NCBI GenBank assembly: GCA_012965905.1
Contig: DTRN01000059.1
Location: 1-38,198, forward strand
DNA length: 38,198 nucleotides
Source: Nitrospirales bacterium
GTDB lineage: Bacteria; Nitrospirota; Nitrospiria; Nitrospirales; UBA2166
Reading direction: 5' to 3'
Shown: in pieces, positions 15,508 through 23,170 of the stretch
How positions within the stretch are numbered: the first letter of the stretch is position 1
Layout of the letters: every line of letters starts with the position of its first letter
Notes under the pieces: generated by a model
Told to the model about the DNA's origin: nothing
The model's input: the letters and a program-made list of their open reading frames with translations, nothing else
Databases searched by the model: none
Made by a program: the position numbers and the translations under genes

Positions 15508-16207
15508 AGAAGGAAGCTCAACTCCATTAAGACAGCAGACCTGGAAGAAGCGAGGAAAGGTTTGTTTGCCAACAAGCTTACCCTTCAAAGGGTCAACCGA
15601 TATATGGCTAGGTTGCCGTGTAAGCTGAACCTGGCGGTTCGTGCTGGTAAATTGCACGGCAACCTAGTGACGAAGCTGAAAATGTATAAGGAGCCTCAAG
15701 GGAAAACGAGATTTCTCTCACCCGAGGAGGAGTCCAAGGTAATGGCCGCACTAGGTCCCATATATGGCCATTGGGTGGGGTTGGCCATTCACACGGGTAT
15801 GAGACAGGCGGAGCAGTTTTCATTCTGATGGGAGAATGTTGATCTGGAGCGCAGGATCAATACGCTACCAGTACTTCTATGCACGTAGCTGGATGCCTGC
15901 AGTGCAGGAGGGAGGGATTGAGTGGATAACGTGGCATGATCTACGCCATACGTTCGCGTCTCGCCTGGCTATGAGTAGTGCGACTGAGGAGACGATAGCC
16001 GCCCTCATGCGCCATAGTAGTAGTGCATTGGTAAAGCGATATGCACATTTTTCGCCGTCGTATCTCCAGGAAGCCGTTGAATGGGTATCGAGCTTTGGTC
16101 GGGCCACGAACTCAGCAGAACGTGCGCCGCAAGAAGACCCGATTTCAATCCTAACCGTGACTGAGACCAGAATAGCAGGGGATCAGGAGAAGGTGGACGT
16201 TGCGTAA
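15508..16207 (+). pseudogene. tyrosine recombinase (phage-type integrase) remnant: N-terminally truncated, with an in-frame stop, an internal deletion and a frameshift
   Basis: Frame 1: ...LQRVNRYMARL..NLAVRAG...FLSPEEESKVMAAL...LAIHTGMRQAEQFSF-TGA-WENVDLERRINTLP. The frame then switches to frame 2: ...AVQEGGIEWITWHDLRHTFASRLAMSSATEETIAALMRHSS..LVKRYAHFSP. Catalytic Arg (TGMR), HxxR (HDLRH) and Tyr (RYAH) are recognisable. Only about 45 aa separate Arg-I from HxxR, where about 100 or more are expected. The open frame starts only at 15508. Confidence 0.8.
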
Positions 16208-16221
16208 ACCGTTGAAAAGAT

Positions 16222-16297
16222 TGGTGGCGGTGGAGGGTTTCGAACCCCCGGCCCGCGGCTTATGAGTCCGCTGCTCTACCAACTGAGCTACACCGCC
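16222..16297 (-). tRNA. tRNA with CAT anticodon: elongator tRNA-Met, or possibly tRNA-Ile2 (lysidine); not an initiator
   Basis: The reverse complement GGCGGTGTAGCTCAGTTGGTAGAGCAGCGGACTCATAAGCCGCGGGCCGGGGGTTCGAAACCCTCCACCGCCACCA folds as a cloverleaf: 7-bp acceptor stem, GCTC/GAGC D stem, anticodon loop CTCATAA, GGGGG/CCCTC T stem, encoded CCA. G1-C72 is paired and there is no GGG/CCC anticodon stem, so it is not tRNA-fMet. Confidence 0.9.
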
Positions 16298-16341
16298 AAC
16301 CGGTGTGTGGGTCGTATGTCAGGCTGTACCAAGCGGGTCTG

Positions 16342-16370
16342 AGTGTATGACATTTCAGGTAGGCAGGCAA
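16342..16370 (-). promoter_or_regulatory. candidate sigma-70 promoter for tRNA-Met
   Basis: The minus strand reads TTGCCT-N17-TACACT, with the -10 element about 45 nt upstream of the mature tRNA 5' end. Each hexamer matches consensus at 4/6. Confidence 0.3.
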
Positions 16371-16419
16371 GCCTCATAACAACACGCGTGTGTTGGGTTT
16401 TTCCTTGATATTGCGTGCG

Positions 16420-16447
16420 TTGACAAAGATATTTTGAGTCCGATACA
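16420..16447 (+). promoter_or_regulatory. candidate sigma-70 promoter for tRNA-Glu
   Basis: TTGACA (16420-16425), N16, GATACA (16442-16447), about 26 nt upstream of the tRNA-Glu 5' end. The -35 element is perfect and the -10 element is weak. Confidence 0.35.
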
Positions 16448-16473
16448 CTCGCGCCCTGTTGCTGAATCCTTTG

Positions 16474-16551
16474 GGTCCCATCGTCTAGCTTGGCCTAGGA
16501 CGGTGCCCTCTCAAGGCACAAACACGGGTTCGAATCCCGTTGGGACCACCA
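16474..16551 (+). tRNA. tRNA-Glu (anticodon CTC)
   Basis: GGTCCCATCGTCTAGCTTGGCCTAGGACGGTGCCCTCTCAAGGCACAAACACGGGTTCGAATCCCGTTGGGACCACCA. Features: 7-bp acceptor stem, GTGCC/GGCAC anticodon stem with loop CTCTCAA, ACGGG/CCCGT T stem, encoded CCA, and the GTCTAG...CCTAGGAC D-arm typical of tRNA-Glu. Confidence 0.92.
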
Positions 16552-16683
16552 AGCTTTTCAATGGGTTTCAGCAAACGACCCGCAGTCCCCTCCACCCATT
16601 CGAATCCCGTTTTTCAAGTATACGTTGGGAGTGACAGGGTAGAACGATCATCTGGTGTCAGGAGCACAACACAGGTGGGTGGC

Positions 16684-17358
16684 TCAGGTGAGTGTGTGAT
16701 TGGTGAAGGTCAGTGTCTTGGTCACGACCTGTCCATTTTCATACGAAATGACACGTCGTGTTGCGGGTAAATCGGCGGACCCAAGTCGAATGTGGGTATC
16801 GGTGGTGCTTTCCACGTTTCGGAGACTGCCATCCTTGGGCGATGAATAATAGACGGTGTACTTCATCGTCAGGTTCTTGCCTTCCGGTGTGACGGCGCTC
16901 TCTTCTACGTTAATGGTAAACGCGATGTGTTGCATGGTGCGGTTGATTTGCGTGATGCGATTGCCGTTCAATCGATATGAGGAACTGGAATTATCTCCAT
17001 GAATACGAAGCTGTTGTCCAAAGGGGTGGTCGGTGCTGCCTTCGAGTGTGAGCGCAAACTTCCCATCGGACTCGTCAAAGGTTCGGTATGCACGATGGAC
17101 GACGATCATGCCAATGGTTCCCTCAACGGATTTTTGAAGGTCGGCATCGGGGAGAGAGACTGAGACTTCTTTCGCACTGTTGACCGTCACGGTTCCTTGC
17201 ACCTTCTTCCCATTCGTATTGACTTCCAGATCGGCGGTAAATCCACCAAAGTCTGCTGGCCATCGGGCGGTGTTTTCAAACGCCTTTTGCAGTAGTGCTC
17301 GTGCGGCAGGGTCATTCTGGATGGCGGCTTTTGATGCCTCCTGAGTGGTTTGTGGCAT
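16684..17358 (-). CDS. hypothetical protein, possibly DUF3386-like
   Basis: 224-aa ORF with ATG and an AAGGAGGAA RBS. No TM helix or signal peptide. My recollection of DUF3386 (about 220 aa; N-terminal ...ARALLQKAFENTARWPADFGGFTADLEV) is weak. Confidence 0.7.
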   Translation of the reverse strand: MPQTTQEASKAAIQNDPAARALLQKAFENTARWPADFGGFTADLEVNTNGKKVQGTVTVNSAKEVSVSLPDADLQKSVEGTIGMIVVHRAYRTFDESDGKFALTLEGSTDHPFGQQLRIHGDNSSSSYRLNGNRITQINRTMQHIAFTINVEESAVTPEGKNLTMKYTVYYSSPKDGSLRNVESTTDTHIRLGSADLPATRRVISYENGQVVTKTLTFTNHTLT

Positions 17359-17419
17359 ATGTTCCTCCTTGTGATTGTGAACGCGCTATTTCGATTTTAA
17401 TGATACCATACGGTTTTGT

Positions 17420-18499
17420 ATGATCAACGTCCTCTACTTCGTCAAACGATTCGTTACCCAGCTCCGCAGAAATCGGCTGGACAAGCTGGTCGCGGTCATT
17501 CTTATCACCCTTCTGATTGGGGTCGTAGGGATGAGCTATTTCGAACCCTCGTTGTCAGTGGCTGACGCGCTGTGGTGGTCGGTGGTCACCATCACAACAG
17601 TCGGGTATGGAGATATTTCCCCCGCATCGCCCGGTGGGCGAATGGTGGGTGTTCTCCTCATGGTATTTGGAATTGGTTTTCTCGGAATGTTCACGGCCAC
17701 GATGGCCACGATTTTTATTGAAAATAGATTTTTGGAGGGCAAGGGAGTGAAACCCGTCAAAGTGGAACAGCACATGCTCATCTGTGGATGGAATTATAAG
17801 GCTGAGCGAATCGTGGCTGAGCTTCGCGCCGACCGGAAGGCAGCACACAGCCCCATCGTAGTGATTGCGGAGTTCCAGGAAAAGCCGGTGGTTGATGACG
17901 ATGACCTCTATTTCGTCAATGGGGTCGTGAACAAAGACACCCTCTCGCGGGCCAACAGTCAGCATGCATTTGCCGCGATTCTTCTTGCGGATGAGCGGAT
18001 TGAGCACCATGTCAGGGACGCCAAGACGATTCTGGACACGCTTACCATCAAAACCATCAATCCGGATCTCTATGCCTGTGTCGAACTCGTTGACCGGAGC
18101 AATATGGAACATTGTAAACGTGCCAAAGCCGACGAAATTATCGTCACCGGAGAACTCAGTACCAATCTTCTTGTACAGGCGGCGCTTGATCATGGTGTGA
18201 CGCAAGTCATCACGGAATTGGTCACGAATCGTATCGGGAATGATATCTTTAAGATTACACCGCCGCGCGATCTGATCGGGAGGACGTTCCTTGACGTCAT
18301 GACCACGCTGAAGCGCGATCGCAATCTTATTACCCTCGCGATTGAACGAACTCCTGAAGGTCGATTTCTTGCGAACCCATCGAATAACTGTATAATTACC
18401 GACAGCGATAACCTGGTGGTCATTGGTACCGAACGGCTCGAAGACGATGACGCCCAACAATCTACGAGGAAAAAATGGTGGAATATTTTGAAAACGTAA
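17420..18499 (+). CDS. two-TM potassium channel with a cytoplasmic RCK/TrkA-N domain (MthK-like)
   Basis: K+ selectivity filter TTVGYGD between two TM helices (LVAVILITLLIGVVGMSYF and VGVLLMVFGIGFLGMFTATMATIF). This is followed by a Rossmann-like RCK domain (HMLICGWNYKAERIVAEL...IVVIAE...) and a TrkA-C-like tail. Confidence 0.9.
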   Translation: MINVLYFVKRFVTQLRRNRLDKLVAVILITLLIGVVGMSYFEPSLSVADALWWSVVTITTVGYGDISPASPGGRMVGVLLMVFGIGFLGMFTATMATIFIENRFLEGKGVKPVKVEQHMLICGWNYKAERIVAELRADRKAAHSPIVVIAEFQEKPVVDDDDLYFVNGVVNKDTLSRANSQHAFAAILLADERIEHHVRDAKTILDTLTIKTINPDLYACVELVDRSNMEHCKRAKADEIIVTGELSTNLLVQAALDHGVTQVITELVTNRIGNDIFKITPPRDLIGRTFLDVMTTLKRDRNLITLAIERTPEGRFLANPSNNCIITDSDNLVVIGTERLEDDDAQQSTRKKWWNILKT

Positions 18500-18870
18500 A
18501 AGGGTTTGTGTTGGACATGGGGTATGCCATTGCCGAGGAAAGTCCCCAAGAACAACTGGTGGTCATCAATGATGAAGAGAAGGGCATTAAGAATCTTATT
18601 ATTGATTGTGAAGATCCCATTGTCGTGCTTGAACAACTCATCATGAAAGCACCCAAGAATCCTGGCGATCTGTACAAGCGTCTCTTGCAGATGAATCGCA
18701 CGCTTGTCCATGGGGCTTTTGTGTTGGATGAGACGGGAGAAACGATTTTGTTTCGCGATACCCTACGCCTTGAGAACCTCGACCGTAACGAGCTGGAAGG
18801 TTCCATTGAGGCGCTGAGTCTTGCCCTCGCCGAAAACGCCGAGGAACTCTTGGCCGGCGCGAAAGCGTAA
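18475..18870 (+). CDS. small acidic YbjN/YjfI-like (T3SS-chaperone-fold) protein associated with PspA
   Basis: 131-aa ORF with ATG and a GAGGA RBS, overlapping the channel gene by 25 nt. Acidic and soluble. Its position immediately upstream of a PspA/IM30 gene mirrors yjfI-yjfJ-type arrangements. The family call is from memory only. Confidence 0.6.
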   Translation: MVEYFENVKGFVLDMGYAIAEESPQEQLVVINDEEKGIKNLIIDCEDPIVVLEQLIMKAPKNPGDLYKRLLQMNRTLVHGAFVLDETGETILFRDTLRLENLDRNELEGSIEALSLALAENAEELLAGAKA

Positions 18871-18903
18871 CACGCCGACAATTAGACTAGAACGGAGGAC
18901 GGA

Positions 18904-19605
18904 ATGGGTGTATTTCAACGGATGTTTAAAATTGGGCAATCGCAGGCCCATGCGGCGCTCGATAATCTTGAAGATCCCATTCGTATGACGGAACAGGGCA
19001 TCCGTGACCTCAAAAAGGATCTTCAGGACAGCATGAAGAGTTTGGCCGAGGTCAAATCAATTGCCATCCGCATGAAGAAAGAGGCCGAGGAAAATAAGGG
19101 GCGTGCGGTGGAGTATGAGCGGAAGGCCATGCTGTTGTTGCAGAAGATGCAAAAAGGGGAATTATCGCAGGAAGAGGCTGATCGGCTGGCGTTGGAGGTT
19201 CTCAAGCGAAAAGAGGAAGCGAGCGCAAATGCCGTGCGACAAATGAAGGAATGGGAAGCGCAGGACAAGTTGGCCGCGCAACTGCAATCGAAAATTGGGA
19301 AACTCAAATCAACCGTGACGGGATATGAAAACGATCTGGTGACGTTGCGGGCACGAGCGCGTACGGCAGCGTCGACGAAAAAGATCAATGCACAGCTTGC
19401 CAAGGTGGACTCATCCGGCACATTGGTGATGCTCGAAAAGATGAAAAACAAGGTGGAAGAGGATGAGTCATTAGCACAGGCCTATGGCGACATGGCCGAG
19501 GCGGACAAGAGCGTTGATGATGAGATCAATGCCGCGTTGGTAGGGTCGACGCATCCGTCGTCGGATTCTCTTGCCTCGATGAAAGCCAAGCTGGGCATCA
19601 CCTGA
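18904..19605 (+). CDS. pspA: PspA/IM30 family membrane-stress protein
   Basis: N-terminus MGVFQRMFKIGQSQAHAALDNLEDPIRMTEQGIRDLKKDL is the canonical PspA/IM30 start. The rest is a long coiled coil, 233 aa in total. GGAGGA RBS. Confidence 0.9.
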   Translation: MGVFQRMFKIGQSQAHAALDNLEDPIRMTEQGIRDLKKDLQDSMKSLAEVKSIAIRMKKEAEENKGRAVEYERKAMLLLQKMQKGELSQEEADRLALEVLKRKEEASANAVRQMKEWEAQDKLAAQLQSKIGKLKSTVTGYENDLVTLRARARTAASTKKINAQLAKVDSSGTLVMLEKMKNKVEEDESLAQAYGDMAEADKSVDDEINAALVGSTHPSSDSLASMKAKLGIT

Positions 19606-19622
19606 TTCCGGGTGCATATCCG

Positions 19623-20174
19623 GTGGGGCTCTTCGATCGGTGGCGTAAAGACAAGGATTCAGAGGACTCGACCGATCCTCTCCACGACCTCACCCTTTCC
19701 AAGCTCACAGTTGGATATCTTGTTGATTTTGACCTCAAAACATGGGAGGTCAAAAGCTATAGCACCTACGACTTCGACGGTGATCGAGCCGAAGAGTGGG
19801 AACTTGATTGTGGTGACGATCAATGTTTTCTGGAACGTGTTGAGGATGATGAGGTCGAGTGGGCGATCACCAGAAAGATCGCTCTTTCCGATATCACGGA
19901 AGGTGTGAGAAAACACATCAGAGAGCATGACGACCCGCCACAGGAACTTACCCTCTCCGGGCAGTGTTTTTCGGCGGAGGGAGGCGGCGCTGGGTACTAT
20001 TACAAGGATGGGAAGGGGAGTGGAGATCAAATGATTTATTGGGATTACGTCGACTCCTCCGGTGAGCAAATGTTGACCATTGAGCAGTGGGGAGAGGATG
20101 AGTTTGAGGCTTCTACAGGAAAATATGTTCAAGAGTATGAATTCACCAACATTCTTCCACGACTGATGAATTAG
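19623..20174 (+). CDS. DUF4178 domain protein (PspA-associated)
   Basis: GTG start 17 nt after pspA. Motifs LTVGYLVDFDLKTWEVKSYSTYDFDGDRAEEWELDCGDDQCFLE and a second half YWDYVDSSGEQMLTIEQWGEDEFE match the duplicated beta-rich DUF4178 pattern as I remember it. Confidence 0.65.
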   Translation: MGLFDRWRKDKDSEDSTDPLHDLTLSKLTVGYLVDFDLKTWEVKSYSTYDFDGDRAEEWELDCGDDQCFLERVEDDEVEWAITRKIALSDITEGVRKHIREHDDPPQELTLSGQCFSAEGGGAGYYYKDGKGSGDQMIYWDYVDSSGEQMLTIEQWGEDEFEASTGKYVQEYEFTNILPRLMN

Positions 20175-20185
20175 CCGAGGTTCTC

Positions 20186-20623
20186 ATGTCGACACCCGCA
20201 AAAAAATCTGTGTTCTTTCTGTGTACTGGAAATTCCTGCAGAAGCCAGATGGCAGAAGGGTTTTTACGCCACCTGGCAAGAGACCGCTATGAGGTTTCAA
20301 GTGCCGGGACGCATCCGATGGGTTTGCACAGTCGTGCGGTAGAAACAATGCAGGACATCAACATTGATATCTCCGATCAACGCTCTCAATCCATCGATGA
20401 GTTTGAGGGCGTCTCGTTTGACTATGTGGTGACGGTTTGCGATCGCGCCAAGGAGTCGTGCCCAACCACTCCGGTAGGCGGAACTAGAACACATTGGAGT
20501 ATTGATGATCCGACCAGCGTGATTGGGTCGGGTGATCAGCGACAGGCTGAATTCGAGCGGGTTCGCGACATCATCGGCGAGCGGGTCAAGCAGTTCATTC
20601 AAAAGGACAGTAACAAAACGTAG
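20186..20623 (+). CDS. arsC: LMW-PTP-fold arsenate reductase (thioredoxin-coupled ArsC type)
   Basis: P-loop CTGNSCRS (CX5R-S). Downstream Cys pair in VVTVCDRAKESCP, equivalent to Cys82/Cys89 of the Bacillus/Staphylococcus ArsC type. 145 aa. Confidence 0.8.
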   Translation: MSTPAKKSVFFLCTGNSCRSQMAEGFLRHLARDRYEVSSAGTHPMGLHSRAVETMQDINIDISDQRSQSIDEFEGVSFDYVVTVCDRAKESCPTTPVGGTRTHWSIDDPTSVIGSGDQRQAEFERVRDIIGERVKQFIQKDSNKT

Positions 20624-20632
20624 GCATGCGCA

Positions 20633-20944
20633 CTATGTAATTTCGACCTTAATCTCTCCGTCTTCCACCTTTACCTTGTAGCATTTCACTCCCTTTCCAG
20701 GCTGTGTGAGACACGCGCCGGTTTTGGCGTCAAAGTGCCAGGCGTGCCAGGGACACTCGATGATACCGTCCTTCAATGTGCCCAGACCTAAAGGGCCACC
20801 TTGATGTATGCAATCGTTGTCGATCACGTGATACGTGCCGTCGATGTTGGAGATCGCGTACTCGTGGTCGCCGTCACTTGCGGTAATGACCGATCCCGGT
20901 TCACTCACCTCTTCGACCGACGCGATACGTATAAAACGAGCCAT
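20633..20944 (-). CDS. small Rieske [2Fe-2S] ferredoxin (NirD/oxygenase-ferredoxin-like)
   Basis: The internal ATG at 20944 is preceded by GGAGGGA. 103 aa: MARFIRIASVEEV... with Rieske ligand motifs CIHQGG (C-x-H) and CPWHAWHF (C-x-x-H). The longer 200-aa ORF extension has no coding character. Confidence 0.85.
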   Translation of the reverse strand: MARFIRIASVEEVSEPGSVITASDGDHEYAISNIDGTYHVIDNDCIHQGGPLGLGTLKDGIIECPWHAWHFDAKTGACLTQPGKGVKCYKVKVEDGEIKVEIT

Positions 20945-20999
20945 TATCCCTCCTGTAGAAAAAAGTAATATGATTGACTGATGAACCGGCGGATCACGG

Positions 21000-21230
21000 T
21001 TATGGAATGATAACCGGAGCGCTGTTCTGTTCGTTGTCCGTTTTGGATCCGGTCGAAGTTCCACACTGCGCGCAAAAATACTCGTACAGATTGCCAGTAG
21101 GAAGGACAAGAAGCAACCGCTCGCGTGCAGGCGTGGCCTGACGACACTTCGGGCAGAACAGCAATGATGCCCGGAGTGCACCAAATTGTGACTCAGGCTC
21201 TGGTCGCTGCCGTGGCGCGCGTTTACCCAT
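21000..21230 (-). CDS. hypothetical small zinc-ribbon protein
   Basis: ATG at 21230. Two CxxC pairs (FCPKCRQ ... FCAQCG) spaced about 24 aa apart. It lies between yjbQ-like and Rieske genes on the same strand. Short, with no family recognised. Confidence 0.35.
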   Translation of the reverse strand: MGKRAPRQRPEPESQFGALRASLLFCPKCRQATPARERLLLVLPTGNLYEYFCAQCGTSTGSKTDNEQNSAPVIIP

Positions 21231-21319
21231 CGCACGAGCCCACGATTTTTTAGGAGGATCAGAATTCACGCGCGAGATAGTAACGAACTGGTTCGGGAGG
21301 GGTCAAGGGTCGTTAGCAT

Positions 21320-21742
21320 TCACTCCCCAAGCAGCTGAATCACGATTTCTCGCGTTCGTGGGCGGGTGTCGAAGTCTATGATGACGATTTGTTGCCAGGT
21401 TCCTAGGGTCATGGCGCCGTCATTAAATGGGATGGTTACCGATGGCCCTTGCAGTTGTCCTCGTAGGTGACTGTGGGCGTTGTCTTCGCCTGGGTTTTGG
21501 GTGTTGTGTTGCAGGGTGGGATCTGCCGGGATTAACCTTTCCATAAAAGCTTTGGTGTCGGCGCGAATTCCTGGCTCGTCCTCGATGATCATGACGGCGG
21601 CCGTCGTGTGTTTGACGAACACGGTGAGAATGCCGGCTTTGAGTCCGGATTGACTCAGGATCGTCTGAATTTGTGACGTGACGTTTTCAACCTGGGTGTC
21701 CCCGGTCATGTTGAGACTGATGCTGGAAGTCGTAACGGCCAT
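21320..21742 (-). CDS. YjbQ/UPF0047 family protein (secondary thiamine-phosphate synthase-like)
   Basis: 140 aa. TVFVKHTTAAVMIIEDEPGI ... DNAHSHLRGQLQGPSVTIPFNDGAMTLGTWQQIVIIDFD...R matches the conserved YjbQ core. The ATG overlaps the upstream stop (TGATG). Confidence 0.85.
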   Translation of the reverse strand: MAVTTSSISLNMTGDTQVENVTSQIQTILSQSGLKAGILTVFVKHTTAAVMIIEDEPGIRADTKAFMERLIPADPTLQHNTQNPGEDNAHSHLRGQLQGPSVTIPFNDGAMTLGTWQQIVIIDFDTRPRTREIVIQLLGE

Positions 21743-22653
21743 CAGTGGCTTCGCATGGCAGCGAGCTTCTGTAAAGCCGTCCGTTCGTGGGTCGTGATCG
21801 GAACGCCTCGCGCTTGAACGATCACCTGATCGAATGCGCCCTCTGCTGCGAGGGAGACTAACGCGTTCATGACTGCGGCACTGATGATGCGGTCGCCATG
21901 CAATGTCTCGAGGTAGTCGATGGCCTCATGAACGGTCTCCTTATCACGGCAATAATAATCGCGTCCACGCTGACGATTGTTGTGGGCTTCAAACTGTTCG
22001 CATGCGACCAACGTTTCACCGAGTTGCCTGATCCATGGCGCATCGTTAGCGAGTTTCTCAGGATAATAATAGTACAGGGTCACGCGTGTCATCCATGGTA
22101 CCCACTGAACTCCGAGTGATTCCAGTTCGGGTTTGACCTCACGAAGACGGCGATTCATTCTTCGCGCAAATCCCAGTCGCATCTCTACTTGCTCTCGTGC
22201 CCACGCATCCATGGGAATTCCGGCTGATTCAAGATCATTTCCATAGTACTTGAGAAATGATTCGGTTTCTCGACCATATGTTGTCTCCGGATATGCAGCT
22301 CGCCATTCACGTGGGCGGGTTGGAACATCATGTTCACGCGCCCACGACCAAATACGTCCGAAAAGCTTGCGATCCAAGCCGGCTCGTCCGAGATCATGCA
22401 GGAGACAGGCGATTTGGAATCGCCTCGCCTTGTCTGGTGCATGACCGAGGCGGAGTGCAATTGCGGCTGACATACGTGCGGTGCGGAGAGCGTGTTGGCG
22501 GTCATACCCTCGAATAGTGTGTCCTGGCCGCATGGGATGCGGATAGTCGTAGAACCGAAGTAGCGATGCTGCAAGGCTTCGCGAGACGAGCAGGGGAGCT
22601 TTGTCAGCCGTCACGGTTGATTTAGACCTTGGTTTTTGAACCCGTTGAGACAT
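21742..22653 (-). CDS. HD-domain phosphohydrolase-like protein
   Basis: His...HD motif (QHALRTARMSAAIALRLG ... FQIACLLHDLGRAGLD). ORF 21742..22773; I prefer the ATG at 22653 (MSQRVQ...) because the first 40 codons overlap the helicase remnant. Confidence 0.7.
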   Translation of the reverse strand: MSQRVQKPRSKSTVTADKAPLLVSRSLAASLLRFYDYPHPMRPGHTIRGYDRQHALRTARMSAAIALRLGHAPDKARRFQIACLLHDLGRAGLDRKLFGRIWSWAREHDVPTRPREWRAAYPETTYGRETESFLKYYGNDLESAGIPMDAWAREQVEMRLGFARRMNRRLREVKPELESLGVQWVPWMTRVTLYYYYPEKLANDAPWIRQLGETLVACEQFEAHNNRQRGRDYYCRDKETVHEAIDYLETLHGDRIISAAVMNALVSLAAEGAFDQVIVQARGVPITTHERTALQKLAAMRSH

Positions 22654-22654
22654 G

Positions 22655-23170
22655 TTACCCGCTGCTGACAAAGGGGAGGGAGGCGTTGGTTGCTGGTTGA
22701 GGAACACCGTTCTCAAAAAGGACGGAGTGCAAGGCATGTGCGGGGACTTTTTGCCCTGGGGTAATGATGCCAACCAAATTCAACGGATCTGTCGCAGAAA
22801 TGTTGAAACGTTCCGGAACGCCATTGCCGGAACGCCGAACGGCGCGCAGCGACTCCACTGCTTCCGCAAGGGCGAACTGCTCGCCCGTAAACCCCCTGAT
22901 AAAACATCCGCCTCGGATTTCGCCTTCCGATTCTAGACGGCGATATTGAACCAACAGATTCCACCATGGAATTGCGAGTGATTCGCGCGGTAGCAAGTCA
23001 CGAAAGACCACGCCGTAGCGGCGAAGCAATTGGCGCGCGATATGCTCGGTGTGGTTCTCAGTTTCATCTTGTGAATGAGATCTGAGCAGTGACCATCGAC
23101 CGACGCTTTGTCTTGGCCGGCCAACTCTGAGCCTGAACGTCGGTCGGAGATCCGAAGCGATCTCGAAACC
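22655..23170 (-). pseudogene. C-terminal remnant (about 170 codons) of an Lhr-type large ATP-dependent helicase
   Basis: Open frame from a TAA near 23171 to the stop at 22655, with no plausible start. It reads ...VGRWSLLRSHSQDETENHTEHIARQLLRRYGVVFRDLLPRESLAIPWWNLLVQYRRLESEGEIRGGCFIRGFTGEQFALAEAVESLRAVRR...ISATDPLNLVGIITPG. This is the conserved extreme C-terminus of Lhr-family helicases, which are normally about 1400-1500 aa. No helicase core is present upstream. Confidence 0.7.

Larger units (their letters stand above)
4141..16268. mobile_element. Degenerate integrative genomic island (about 12.1 kb) inserted in the 3' end of tRNA-Met; cargo is a multihaem/FeS redox gene cluster
   Basis: Direct repeats of the tRNA-Met 3' half at both ends (4141-4188 and 16221-16268). 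A tyrosine-recombinase remnant lies immediately inside the tRNA-proximal end (15508-16207). All cargo genes are co-oriented. No other mobility genes are present. Confidence 0.65.

Noticed and set aside
16434-16770. ORFs 16434..16634 and 16540..16770 on the plus strand
   Set aside because: They run through the tRNA-Glu gene and its downstream spacer, so they are artefacts of the ORF caller.
17555-18460. 301-aa ORF on the minus strand
   Set aside because: It lies entirely antisense to the K+ channel gene, which has unmistakable TVGYGD and RCK motifs. The antisense translation has no motifs and an Arg/Pro/Gly-rich shadow composition.
20945-21235. N-terminal extension of the Rieske ORF (200-aa version)
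   Set aside because: The Rieske domain begins at the ATG at 20944, which has a strong RBS. The extension overlaps the separate zinc-ribbon ORF frame region and looks non-coding.
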